A DNA stretch of 64,000 bases from Candidatus Doudnabacteria bacterium (GTDB lineage: Bacteria > Patescibacteriota > Doudnabacteria > UBA920). The translations under genes were made by a program, and so were the position numbers. Under the pieces are notes generated by a model, which saw only the letters and a program-made list of their open reading frames with translations, was not told the origin of the DNA and did no database searches. Location: the NCBI GenBank assembly GCA_963768175.1, contig CAVYGQ010000001.1, positions 190,305 to 254,304 on the forward strand, read 5' to 3'. This document shows positions 37,216-48,555 of the stretch, piece after piece. Position 1 is the first letter of the stretch. Every line of letters begins with the position of its first letter.

Positions 37216-40200
37216 ATGTCCCTGTACCAAAAATTAAAACAAACTTCCCTTCGACCCCCCCACTGGCACCAGTATCTTGTCCCTTATGGGGTGGCTTTGG
37301 CTTTTCTCGTGCTCTTGTCCCTGGCTTTGCTGCCAACCTTCAGCCATCCGGTTAAGGCCGCGGCTACTACTTATTATATTGATTATGCCAGCGGCAGTGA
37401 TTCTTATAACGGAACTTCAAAAGCTACACCTTGGAAACACGCGCCGGGGATGCAGGGTTTCTCTGCTTCTTACACTCATCAGGCCGGAGATGTTTTTATT
37501 TTCAAAGGCGGCGTGACCTGGGGCGAAACCAATTGGAAAATGACAGTGAACGGTGGCGGTACGAACGGCGACCCCGACTACTATGGTGTCGACAAGACTT
37601 GGTACACGGGGAGTTCGTGGGCGCGACCGATCTTCGATGCTGAAAGTGCATCAATTAGCGGTAATGGAATTATGATTCAGGTTGAAGCCGGTTATGTTAC
37701 CTTTGACAACATCGAGTTTAGGAACCTCGTGAGTGCGTCTTCTGCCGCAACGAAGTACATCGGGATAGACAGCCAGTCTAACATTCTGGTCGAGAATTGT
37801 TATTTTCATGCGTGGGACCAGGTGTACTTCAACATCTCGACGATTAGCCGAAACTCAAGTGGGGTGGTGACCGTGACAACAGCAGGGGCGAATGATTTTA
37901 CCACCGGTATGAACTTGGTCGTTTCAGGCGTCACAGACAATTCATTCAACACGTCGTGCGGCAATCACTGCGGCAGTCCTACGGGGTCCATCACGGTCAT
38001 GAGCGGGACGCAATTTATTTACACGAGTGCGAATATGACGGCAGCAAGTTCCAGCGGAGGCATTGTCAGTGACACTGATCAGGGCATGGGAGTTGTGACA
38101 TGCGGCGGAACTTGCACCTCGAATGAGGTGACAAATTGCCTGATTGAAAATACGTCTTTCTCCACCGTTCACAATTCCGGCGAGGTATTTCAAGGTATCA
38201 ACCATATCGACCACAATACGATACACGATGTTGCCTCGGTCGCTTCCGGGGTTAACGTCTTTGATGACAACCTGATCTACGACGTAAGCTACCCGACGGC
38301 CGATTTTGACGCTTCTTACCATACCGATGGTGCCTACCAGGTGTACTCTGGAGCCATATACAACAACGTCTTCTATAACTACGGCGCGAATGAGACGGCC
38401 CTCTACCCGAACCCAGAGGGCGATAACTCCACGTGTACCCCAAACACCGTAAGCATTTACAATAACGTCTACTTCCCGCTGGCAGCACCCGATACCGTGA
38501 ACATGGTGGACATCAATGACTCTTATTATACGGGAGCGGGCGGGTGCGACACGATCAACATTTACAACAATACCTTGGTGGCGAATGGCTTGGTCGATGC
38601 TGTCCGAGTGATCGGCAGGGGGTCAGGAATTGCCAACCTGAACGTTGAAAACAACCATTTTATCAATTCGACAGGTGCGGTAGAACTTTGCTTTAATATG
38701 AGTGGCTGTGGCAATGCGGCGACAGTTACCAATACTAACAACATCTGGCAGTCAACAGCGACGGCAACCGCGCAAGGCTATACGACCTCCGAGGTATATG
38801 CTTATTCCCCAGTTTCAGGCGGCGCAACGATCGGAGCGGGCGCAAATTTAACGGAGGTCTGTTCTGGGAATCTTGCAGCACTGTGCAATGACACTACTTT
38901 TGGCAATAGCCGCACAACGGTAAGTCGTCCCGCCTCCAGCGCTTGGGATGCCGGCGCTTACCAATATCAGACAGCTCCGTTAGCCAATGTCTATATTGCC
39001 CAGACCGCCCAAGGTTCAAACAACGGTACTTCCTGCGCCAATGCCAAAGCCGTCTCCTTCTTTAACACTGCCGGCAACTGGGGTACCGGCACCGGCCAGA
39101 TTGGCCCCGGCACCACGGTACACCTGTGCGGGGTGTTTTCTACCGCAACTCCGAACACTTCTATGCTCACGCTCCAAGGCAGCGGCTCATCTGGCTTACC
39201 CATCACAATTTTGTTTGAGAGTGGCGCTCAATTGAATTCTCCTGCCTGGGGAGCGAACGGCGCAATCAATCTGAACGATCAGAATTACATTACTATCGAC
39301 GGAGGCACAAACGGGCTTATTCAGAACACTGCCAACGGGACCAGTCTGACTTACCATCAGGCTTCCACGATGGTGTACCAGCCAAGCATTTCCGGGTCGG
39401 TACATGACATTGAAATTCGTAATCTTACGTTTACAAACAATTACGTGCGTGTGGCAAACACCGCGTCGGACGAGGCAGCCGCTGGTGGCAGCGGTGTCAT
39501 CGTTCTCTTGTCTGCGGGAAGCAACATCCTTATTCACAACAACACGATGACAAACTGCGGAAACGGTGGTATTGGCGTGTCTGGAAGCAACACGAATTCT
39601 ACGAATTGGCAGATATACAGCAACACTATTAGTCAGGCATCCTGGCTCATCAATGTGGCTAACGTCAATAGCCAAACCCACTATATCTTCATCCATGACA
39701 ACGATCTGTCAAACAACGATCAATACTGGGACACAACCCTAGTAAATTGCGGAGATGATTGCCCATACTTTCACAACAATGCAATTTTCCTTTATGGCAA
39801 TCCTACCGGCGGAGCCACGGGAACCTATGGCTATGCCTATATCTATAACAATTACATTCATGGTGCGCTAGGGGTCATGACGGGTTTCATATTCGCCAGT
39901 CTCACGACGGATGGCCCAATCTATGTCTTTAATAACGTGATGAAGCCGACATCAACCTACACTGGCGGTCCTAGTAACCTAGCCTGCAACGCGGATGGGT
40001 GGGTAGCGCTGCCCTGGCAGACCCTAGACGTTCACGTCTATAATAACACCTTCAATGCGAGTGCAGCCTGTGGAAATAGCTCTCCCAGCCCCTACAACTT
40101 CGGCACCAGGACCACCGTATCCAACGCGAGCACGTTGGACTGGGTGAACAATATAAACTATTATGTCTCCGGCCACGACATTGAGGATGGGGCTATTGGC

Positions 40201-43200
40201 ACCTCGGATTACAACGTCTGGTATGGAATTAGCTCGGGAGGGGAGCCCCAGCAGGCGTTCAAGTGGAACGTCTCAAACGCAGGCTGGTGGTACTACTACA
40301 ACACATCTTGCCCGAGATGGACCTATAGCGCGGCGCAGAACACGAGTTGCGGAGAATCCGGCGATCCTCGCCCATCCGCATACGATATCCACGGTGTCAC
40401 AGGAGACCCGAAGCTATCCACAACCGACCAGCTAGGTGCTGGGTCTTCGGCAATAGGGCTTGGGACGAACCTAACATCTGTCTGTAATTCAGATTCGAAT
40501 CTGGCTCCTCTGTGTCTGGACAAGTCCGGCACCGCCCGTCCCGCCTCCGGTGCCTGGGATGCCGGCGCCTACCAATACGCCACCAGCACCGACACCACCC
40601 CTCCCGCCGTGGCTTGGGTGTCTCCGGCCTTAAATGCCACGGTCTCCGGAACCGTCACCCTCACCGCCTCCTCCACCGATAACGTGGCTGTTTCCACCAC
40701 GTCCTTCTATGAGGGTAGCTTCGGCAGCAGTCTTGCCTCCAGCACCCTCATCGGCTCCACCTCCACCCCCAGCGGTACCCTATATTCCATACCCTGGAAC
40801 ACGGCCTCTCTTACGAACGGCTCCACCACCCTCTGGGCCCTCTCCACCGACACCTCCAGCAACACCACTACGGCCTCCAGCACGGTCAATGTGGAGAATC
40901 CACCTACAATCTCTGCCGTCTCCACCTCCACTGCCACCAGTACCGCCACCATCACCTGGACCACGAGCCACACCGCCTCTTCCCAGGTCAACTACGGTCT
41001 CACCTCCGGCTACGGCTCTTCCACCGCCACCTCCACCCTGGTCACCAGCCATTTAATCACCCTAACCAACCTTACGGCTAGCACCACTTACCACTACCAG
41101 ATCCTCTCCACCGACGCCCAGGGAAACCCAGCCACCACGACGGATGCGACATTTGTGACCATGGCTTTAAGCTCCCGCACCTTCTATATCGATCTCGTAT
41201 CTGGCAACGATTCCCAAGCTGGAACTAAGTTAGCCCCCTGGAAACATGCCCCCGGAATGACGGGGTTCAGCGCAACCTACAGCCATGCCGCAGGAGACCA
41301 ATTCATTTTCAAAGGTGGGCAGACGTGTGGTTCGAGCGGCACCCCCTGCTTCACATCCTGGACTATTTCTAACTCCGGGTCCGCTGGGGCGGGACATGAT
41401 TACTATGGGGTTGACCAGACATGGTATGCCGGAGCCTCATGGTCAAAACCTGTTATTGATGGCGGCCACAAGAACCCCGTGGTTGCCGACCCCTATATTG
41501 AAATCACGGGCTCCTACGTCACCATGGACAGTCTGCGCGTGCAGAACATTGGCGTAACTCCCGCAGAGAACGGTGGAACGGGACTGAATCAAGGAAATTA
41601 TGCCGTTGAGCTTACCGGAGGCAATCACGACATCTTGATTGAAAATATGGTATTGCCTGTGGAGAGCCGGATCGCCATTGCTTTTATAGAGTCTGGAACT
41701 CCGAACAATATTGAGATCAAAGGGAATGATATTTCCGCATGTTCATGGGGACTGGGCGGTGGCGGAGGCGTCGGCACGGGCTTTTCTTTCCATGACAACG
41801 TCATCCATGATTTCCACGACCAGATGGCAAGCGGGGCCCATGGAGATGGCCTGTACATTTTTGGTGACGCCACCAGCTACCTTGTAAGTCCTCTTATTTA
41901 CAATAATTGGGGCTATGGCGACTTCTCGCCGTCTGAACTCGGGCAGCGGGGCCGGGATGACCGCGTTTCTGTGGATTTCCGCCGCTTCCGGGAACCTGTA
42001 CGCGTACAACAACCATTGGACGGAGAGCGACACAACAGGAGGAACAGCACATGCGTTAAGCTTTGGCGGACCAGATGCAAGCGTACAGCCCAACGTCTAT
42101 ATCTACAACAACAGCATCCAGCAGAACGCGGTGTCGTACTACGGCATTTCGGTTGACCAAGCCGCGAGCGCGGTCGTTGAAAACAACATCGTTATCGGCG
42201 GCAGCGAGGCTCTGACCTTCGGGCAGTATCAGAACGTCAGAAGCGTAACCAGCGACTACAATGATCTCTACGGGTTCACCGCTTATGCCGCTACTGTCAA
42301 TGCCTCGGCATACGGAAGCTGGGCGAGTTTCCATTCAGCCGGATACGAAGCTCACGGCTTCAATACCGATCCCAAGTACGTAAATCCGACAGATTCCGGA
42401 AGCGGTGGCAACTTGCATTTACAATCCTCATCGCCTCTCGTTGGGCAAGGGGTCAATTTGTATTCGATATTCACCACCGACGCGGACGGCATTTCCCGTC
42501 CCGCCTCCGCCGCCTGGGACATCGGTGCTTACCAGTATGCCACCTCCACCCCCACCTACACCATCGGCGGCACCATCAGTGGCCTGACCGGCACCGTAGT
42601 GTTGCAGAATAACGGGGGAGATAACCTCACTACCTCTGCCAACGGCGCCTTTACCTTTGCCACGGCCACCACCAGCGGGGGAACGTATAATGTCACGGTC
42701 TTAAGTCAGCCCTCAAACCAGACCTGCAGTGTCAGCAACGGCAGCGGCACCGTCTCTAGCGCTAACATTACCAGTGTTACCGTGTCCTGCACCACCAATT
42801 CCTCTGGAGGTGGTGGGGGAGGCGGCGGCTCATCAGGCGGTGGCGGGGGAGGCGGTGGGGGATCAATTGCCCCTGTTTCCTCAACTCCCCAGCCCGGTGC
42901 TCCAAGTACCTCAACCTCTCCCTCGGTCTTGCGCCTGATTAACTCCTCCGGCACCCTCTATCTCATTAAGGGGGGCTACCGTTACGGTATTACCTCCCCG
43001 GGCATCCTCTACAGCTATGGTTTTGACTTTCCGGATGCCAAAGCAGCCACCACCGCTGATTTAGCCATACCCTTGGGCAGTTTGCTCCTGCCCGGCAACG
43101 GCTATCTGGTTAAATCTAACCAGGACAAGACAGTTTACCTCATTTCCAACAACCGGCGTTATGCTTTTGTCTCTGCCCAGGTCTTTACCGCCCTTGGTTT

Positions 43201-43483
43201 CTCTTTTAGCCATGTCTTTATTGTCACCAACCCGGAACTGCAGTCCTTGCCTAGAGCCGCTGACCTCAGCAACGGCCAATCGGCTCATCTGCCCGGCTTA
43301 GACATCAACAAACAAGGCACCATCTACTGGATTGGGGGGGACAGCACCCTGCACGGTTATCCGTCCTTAGCTGTTTATAACAGTTGGCACAAAGATAATG
43401 ATTTTTCACAAGTAGTTCCCGCTAATACCGCTGATATGTCTATGCCCATAGGTGGTCTGGTGGAGGCAAGGACGCTGGAGTAA
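37216..43483 (+). CDS. giant (~2,090 aa) secreted multi-module right-handed beta-helix / Ig-FN3 / poly-Gly / C-terminal triple-repeat surface protein, GC-rich, reading frame interrupted by an apparent frameshift near 41,930-41,960
   Basis: ORF-track pieces 37117..42156 and 41915..43483 overlap in different frames. Signal peptide VALAFLVLLSLALLP; three NxxxN-rich beta-helix modules each capped by RPASxAWDxGAYQY; near-duplicate module N-termini (TTYYIDYASGSDSYNGTSKATPWKHAPGMQGFSASY / TFYIDLVSGNDSQAGTKLAPWKHAPGMTGFSATY); T/S-rich FN3-like region; G8-SS-G10 linker; three ~50-aa C-terminal repeats. Confidence 0.7.
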
Positions 43484-43584
43484 GGTCGGACAAATAAAAA
43501 AATCGACCAATCTGTTTATGCCAGTTGGTTTTTATTTTGCGTAAAATATGGTAAAATAAAAAGGCTGAAAGGCAAACATTTAAA

Positions 43585-44961
43585 ATGGAAACCAAAGATT
43601 TGCAAGAAAAACTTGTTGCTGTTTTAGGGTTTGGCATGGAAGGTCGCGCGGTGACGGCGTATCTAATAAAGCACGGAGTTAAACCCGTGCTGTTTGATCA
43701 AAAGCCATGGACAAAATGGACGGAGAAAGACCGGGAATATATAAAGTCTCTTGGACTGAATTTTATTTTTGGGCCGGATGCATTTAAGGAGTTGGCAGGG
43801 TTTGATATAGCATTTAGGAGTCCAGGGGTACAATTGTCAAAAATCAAAGGTCAATTACCAAAAGTTGCGATTATAACCTCCCAAACCAAATGGTTTTTTG
43901 AACACTGCCCGGCTAAAATCATCGGGGTTGCCGGCACTAAGGGTAAAGGCACAACCGCAAGCCTAATTTTTGAGATACTTCGGGCCAACAGCCGCAGGCT
44001 AAAGGCCAAGTGCTATTTGACCGGCAACATCGGCAAAATTCAGCCGATGGATTTCTTGGACGACTTGGATGCCGAAGACTGGGTAATATACGAACTTTCA
44101 AGTTTTCAATTGCAGGATTTAACACAAAGTCCGCATATCGGAGTGGTCTTAATGGTTACTGGAGAGCACTTGGATTACCATAAAACCGTTAAAGAATACC
44201 ATGAAGCCAAAACTTCCATTGTAAAATTCCAACAAAAAGGCGATATTGCGATTATAAATCAGGATTTCCCCGCATCAAAATCCATAGGTTCGTTTGGCAA
44301 AGGCAAAAAATTGTTTTTTAGCCGCGTTAAACCACAAAAGAACGGCTGCTTTGTCCAAAATGATATGATCTTGGCGCCAATTTTTAATTTCCAGTTCCTG
44401 GCCTCTAAATTGCAATTACGGGGCAGGCACAACCTGGAGAACGTTTGCGCGGCAGTCTTGGCGTCTTTTAGCGCGAGATGCTCCGCGCAGTCAATAAAAA
44501 GCGTCTTAAAAAAATTCAAAGGGCTGGAACACAGGTTGGAATTTGTAGCCGAAAAACAGGGAATAAAGTTTTTCAACAACTCCTTTTCCACTACGCCAGA
44601 AACTTGTATCGCCGCCATAGAAAGCTTCAAAGAACCTTTAATTGTGATTTTGGGAGGCTCATCCAAAAATTCAAATTTTTCAAGGCTTGGGGAAACGCTG
44701 GGTAACACAAAAAACATTAAAGCTTTAATCCTTATTGGCCGAGAAGCGGGCAGAATTAAGGATGCCGTAAGCGGCACAAAAAAATTTGAAGGAAAATTCT
44801 TTGAGGGAGCAAAAAATATGGAGGAAATTTTTAGCCAAATCAAGGGAGTAGCTTCGGACGGAGATGTAGTGTTGCTTTCACCGGCTTGTGCCAGCTTTGA
44901 TATGTTCAGCAGTTACGTAGATCGGGGTAACCAATTCAAACAAGCCGTAAGGAATTTTTAA
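43585..44961 (+). CDS. murD: UDP-N-acetylmuramoylalanine--D-glutamate ligase
   Basis: VAVLGFGMEGRA Rossmann N-terminus; VAGTKGKGTTASL P-loop. Confidence 0.9.
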   Translation: METKDLQEKLVAVLGFGMEGRAVTAYLIKHGVKPVLFDQKPWTKWTEKDREYIKSLGLNFIFGPDAFKELAGFDIAFRSPGVQLSKIKGQLPKVAIITSQTKWFFEHCPAKIIGVAGTKGKGTTASLIFEILRANSRRLKAKCYLTGNIGKIQPMDFLDDLDAEDWVIYELSSFQLQDLTQSPHIGVVLMVTGEHLDYHKTVKEYHEAKTSIVKFQQKGDIAIINQDFPASKSIGSFGKGKKLFFSRVKPQKNGCFVQNDMILAPIFNFQFLASKLQLRGRHNLENVCAAVLASFSARCSAQSIKSVLKKFKGLEHRLEFVAEKQGIKFFNNSFSTTPETCIAAIESFKEPLIVILGGSSKNSNFSRLGETLGNTKNIKALILIGREAGRIKDAVSGTKKFEGKFFEGAKNMEEIFSQIKGVASDGDVVLLSPACASFDMFSSYVDRGNQFKQAVRNF

Positions 44962-44994
44962 ACAGACAACTGCTTTTAGCAAGTCTGGTAAAAT

Positions 44995-46113
44995 TTGATG
45001 AAAAAATCAAATTCAAAAATTGATTACACCCTTTTATTTATTACCCTTGGCCTGTTGACCTACGGTTTAGCAGTGCTTTACTCGGCTTCTACAGTACAGT
45101 CTTTTGCCAATTTCGGGAATACCAGCTACTATATTGTTCACCAAGTACTGTACGGCGCCCTTTTTGGCCTTGTTGCCATGTATCTCTGTTCTAAAATGGA
45201 CTACCATATTTGGCAAAAGTATTTGCCTTACTTAATTTTTTTGTCTTTATTTTTATTGCTGCTGGTAAAAATTCCCGGTCTGGGTTTTGCCTCAGGTGGC
45301 GCAGCCAGATGGGTGAGGTTGGGACCGGTTACCTTTCAGCCTGCGGAGTTCGCCAAATTAGTTATCATCCTGTATTTGGCCGCGTGGGTGGAAAAAAAAC
45401 GCGGGACATTGAACGATTTTTATTATGGGCTTTTACCCTCTTTGTGCATTATAGCCTTGTTTGGCGCACTAATTTTGTGGCAGCCCGATTTTGGCACAAT
45501 GCTGGTTTTATTGCTGGTGTCGTTTTTTATGCTGTTTGCCGCCGGAATAAATTGGAAATACTTTTTTTACAGCTTCATAGGAGCGGTTTTGGCGCTTTAC
45601 GCATTTATTAAAACAGAGCCTTACCGCGTAAAACGTTTGGCAACTTTTTTGAATCCTGCCTTAGACCCAAAAGGCATTAGTTATCAAATTAACCAAGCGT
45701 TGTTGGCCATTGGTTCCGGTGGCTTGTGGGGTTTTGGCTACGGGCTTTCGCGGCAAAAACACAACTATCTTCCGGCTGTTTTAAATGATTCTGTCTTTGC
45801 CGTGTTTGCCGAAGAACTGGGTTTTTTCAGGGTGCTGGCGGCTTTGGTGCTTTTCACCCTTTTTGCCCTAAAAGGTTTCAAAATTGCCAAAAACGCCCCA
45901 GATACTTTTGGTAAAATGGCGGCTTTGGGCATTACATCGTGGATTACCCTGCAGGCTTTGATAAACATTGCGGCTATTTTAAATTTGTTACCGTTAACCG
46001 GAATCCCTTTGCCTTTTTTTAGTTACGGAAGCACCGCCTTAATTACCAACTTAGCTGCTGTTGGAATCTTACTTAATATTTCCAAGTATGGGCATAAAAC
46101 AATCAGGGTTTGA
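44995..46113 (+). CDS. ftsW: SEDS-family peptidoglycan glycosyltransferase FtsW/RodA
   Basis: 10-TM SEDS signature (GGAARWVRLGPVTFQPAEFAKL..., PLPFFSYGST); directly follows murD as in dcw clusters. Confidence 0.85.
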   Translation: MMKKSNSKIDYTLLFITLGLLTYGLAVLYSASTVQSFANFGNTSYYIVHQVLYGALFGLVAMYLCSKMDYHIWQKYLPYLIFLSLFLLLLVKIPGLGFASGGAARWVRLGPVTFQPAEFAKLVIILYLAAWVEKKRGTLNDFYYGLLPSLCIIALFGALILWQPDFGTMLVLLLVSFFMLFAAGINWKYFFYSFIGAVLALYAFIKTEPYRVKRLATFLNPALDPKGISYQINQALLAIGSGGLWGFGYGLSRQKHNYLPAVLNDSVFAVFAEELGFFRVLAALVLFTLFALKGFKIAKNAPDTFGKMAALGITSWITLQALINIAAILNLLPLTGIPLPFFSYGSTALITNLAAVGILLNISKYGHKTIRV

Positions 46114-46230
46114 TGGGAGTCTTCTTACTGCAAAATCAGTTAGTCTATTTTTGTTGGTTTGGCGTTAAATTAAATGCAGTTTTATTAACAACAACGAAGA
46201 CTCCCATCAACTTGTTAGCTTAAATCCAAA

Positions 46231-48453
46231 ATGAAAAAAACCACCAAATTTACACTGTATACCCATCACCGAAGGTTTTTAACGTTGGGGACAAAAAGCA
46301 AGCCCTGGCACAGTTTTTTTGCCAAACTAGCCGGCATAATTTTTGGCATTTTTTATTTTATCGGAATGGCAATTTTGGCAATATTTAATTTTTTAAAAAA
46401 AATTATACTCACCCTTTGCTACAACATCGGTAATATATTGGTTACCCAGCCCCTCAAAGCTTATAAAGCATTAAAACAAGATATAAAAAATACCGGGAAC
46501 ATTTTTCCTAAACGCTTAAAGCTTTTGTTCCAGAAAAAATTTGCGAGGGCTTTACTGATATTTTTATGCTTTTCTGCCATAGGTTACGGCGGTATTATTT
46601 TTTTGCATTTAGTAGCAACCGGCCTTGAACTAAAAAACGAAATAATACAAACGGCCGCCTTGGGCGATGCTTATTTATCGCAAGCCAAAGACGCTTTGGC
46701 TTCCCAAGATTTCTCTACTGCCGATAATCGTTTTGCTCTGGCTTTCCAGACATTCAACCAAGGGGAAAACGAGCTGTCCTCATCAGGCCAACTTTTAAGC
46801 CAGCTGATGTCTGTTTTGCCTCAAAAGCAAACGGCGGCTGGTTTGCTTGAAGCCGCGGCTTTGGTTTCTTCTGCCGGACAGGATTTCATTTCATTGCAAA
46901 GCCAAATTAAATCGTTGCAAATTGGCCAGGGCGGCATAAGCTCCAACAATGGAACCACCAAGGATACTTTAGAAGCAATTAACTCCCAAATAAACGCAAT
47001 TTCAGATAAAATTTCCAGTGCAAACAGCCTCATCGACAACATTAATCAGAACTTTTTACCTGCCGCAAACCAGGAAAATTTTGCCAACTTAAAAACTGAA
47101 TTACAAATTGCCCAATTCGCCCTAAATAATTTTACTTCGGTTTTTGGTTTTATAAAAAATTTGCTGGAGGGAGATAAAAACGTTTTGGTACTTTTTGAAA
47201 ATAACAACGAACTTCGGGCCGGTGGTGGGTTTATTGGGACTTACGGGATTTTAAAAATTAGCGACGGACAAATTAGTAAAATTAACGTCAGCAGTATTTA
47301 CGACTTGGATAATCAGCTAACACAAAACATCCAGCCACCGACCCCCTTGTTAAAAGTCGGCGCCAACTGGTATATGAGGGACGCCAATTGGTTTACGGAC
47401 TTTCCACTGTCGGCGGCAAAAGTTAGTAATTTTTACGAGATGGAAGGAGGCGAAACCCCTGATTTGGTTATTGCTATGACGCCAAACCTAATTGTTGATT
47501 GGCTAAAAATTACCGGGCCTATCGCTCTTCCTAACTTCGGCGTAACTTTGACTGCCGACAATTTTGTGGAAGAAACCCAAGTAGTAACCACTATAAGCAA
47601 CAATTTGCCCACCAATTCTCCCAAACAGATTTTGGCCGATTTGGTTCCCATACTTTTACAAAAAATCAGCCAGAGCCCGTCTTCTGAATGGCCTCAAATT
47701 ATCCAAAGCCTGCAGGATAATTTAAACAACAAACAAATTGTTATTTACTCGCGCGACAGCGGTCTGGAAAGCCAACTTAAACAATTTAACTGGACGGGTT
47801 CGGTAAATAATACCGACCGTGACTATCTATCCGTAGTTTCCAGCAACCTTGGGGCTACAAAGACCGATCTTTACGTGGACCAGCAGATTAACTTAACCAG
47901 CGTTGTGCTGGACGACGGCTCTATAATTAATGAACTAAATATTACTCGGACCAATAAGCTTCCGAACTTGCCGGATACCTTTAACAACAGCTTCTTAAGG
48001 ATTTATGTGCCTTTGGGAAGCAAACTTATTAGCAATCTTGGGTTTGACTATGTAACTTTGGATTATCCCTCGGGAAAAAATTACCAAATTGATCCAGATA
48101 TTTATAACTGGGAGAAAAATTCCGTAAAAGACGTGGTCAGCGGAACTTATATTGGCCAGGAGAGCGGCAAAACTTTTTTCGGCAATTGGCTAAATCTTGA
48201 CGGTGGGCAAACCCGAACGGTTAAGCTCGTCTATCAGCTGCCTTTTAAATTAAGCGGCACGGACAAATACAGCCTGCTTTTGCAAAAACAAATCGGCAGC
48301 ACAAATGACGACTTCAACTGGACTTTTAATTTTGCGAGCCGGAAAATTGTCTGGAAAAATTTTGACGCGCAAACCCTTAACACAGACAACCTGAATTCTG
48401 ATATAATACTGGGCAAGGATTACTTTTTTGGGATGGTATTACAAAAGAGATAG
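46231..48453 (+). CDS. large membrane-anchored extracytoplasmic protein (possibly DUF4012-like)
   Basis: N-terminal TM helices; conserved ENNNELRAGGGFIGTYGIL motif; otherwise no catalytic signature recognised. Confidence 0.4.
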   Translation: MKKTTKFTLYTHHRRFLTLGTKSKPWHSFFAKLAGIIFGIFYFIGMAILAIFNFLKKIILTLCYNIGNILVTQPLKAYKALKQDIKNTGNIFPKRLKLLFQKKFARALLIFLCFSAIGYGGIIFLHLVATGLELKNEIIQTAALGDAYLSQAKDALASQDFSTADNRFALAFQTFNQGENELSSSGQLLSQLMSVLPQKQTAAGLLEAAALVSSAGQDFISLQSQIKSLQIGQGGISSNNGTTKDTLEAINSQINAISDKISSANSLIDNINQNFLPAANQENFANLKTELQIAQFALNNFTSVFGFIKNLLEGDKNVLVLFENNNELRAGGGFIGTYGILKISDGQISKINVSSIYDLDNQLTQNIQPPTPLLKVGANWYMRDANWFTDFPLSAAKVSNFYEMEGGETPDLVIAMTPNLIVDWLKITGPIALPNFGVTLTADNFVEETQVVTTISNNLPTNSPKQILADLVPILLQKISQSPSSEWPQIIQSLQDNLNNKQIVIYSRDSGLESQLKQFNWTGSVNNTDRDYLSVVSSNLGATKTDLYVDQQINLTSVVLDDGSIINELNITRTNKLPNLPDTFNNSFLRIYVPLGSKLISNLGFDYVTLDYPSGKNYQIDPDIYNWEKNSVKDVVSGTYIGQESGKTFFGNWLNLDGGQTRTVKLVYQLPFKLSGTDKYSLLLQKQIGSTNDDFNWTFNFASRKIVWKNFDAQTLNTDNLNSDIILGKDYFFGMVLQKR

Positions 48454-48458
48454 CCTGT

Positions 48459-48555
48459 AACTTTCTTTACTAACTACTAATTCATACTAATATACTAATG
48501 CACAAATCCAAAGTTAGTATATTAGTAAAGATTCGTAATTAGTAAAGCCAGTAAA
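48459..48555 (+). repeat. ~100-bp conserved intergenic element (copy 2), ending at the murJ start codon
   Basis: aactttctttactaactactaatt...agttagtatattagtaaagattcgtaattagtaaagccagtaaa; homologous to 30526-30624. Confidence 0.8.

Noticed and set aside
40634-41056. Pro-rich 140-aa ORF (and several other 60-170-aa ORFs on both strands between 37.2 and 43.4 kb)
   Set aside because: Alternative-frame artefacts of the GC-rich giant gene. GC-rich coding DNA is stop-poor in all frames. The sequences are low-complexity P/G/R runs mirroring the real frame.
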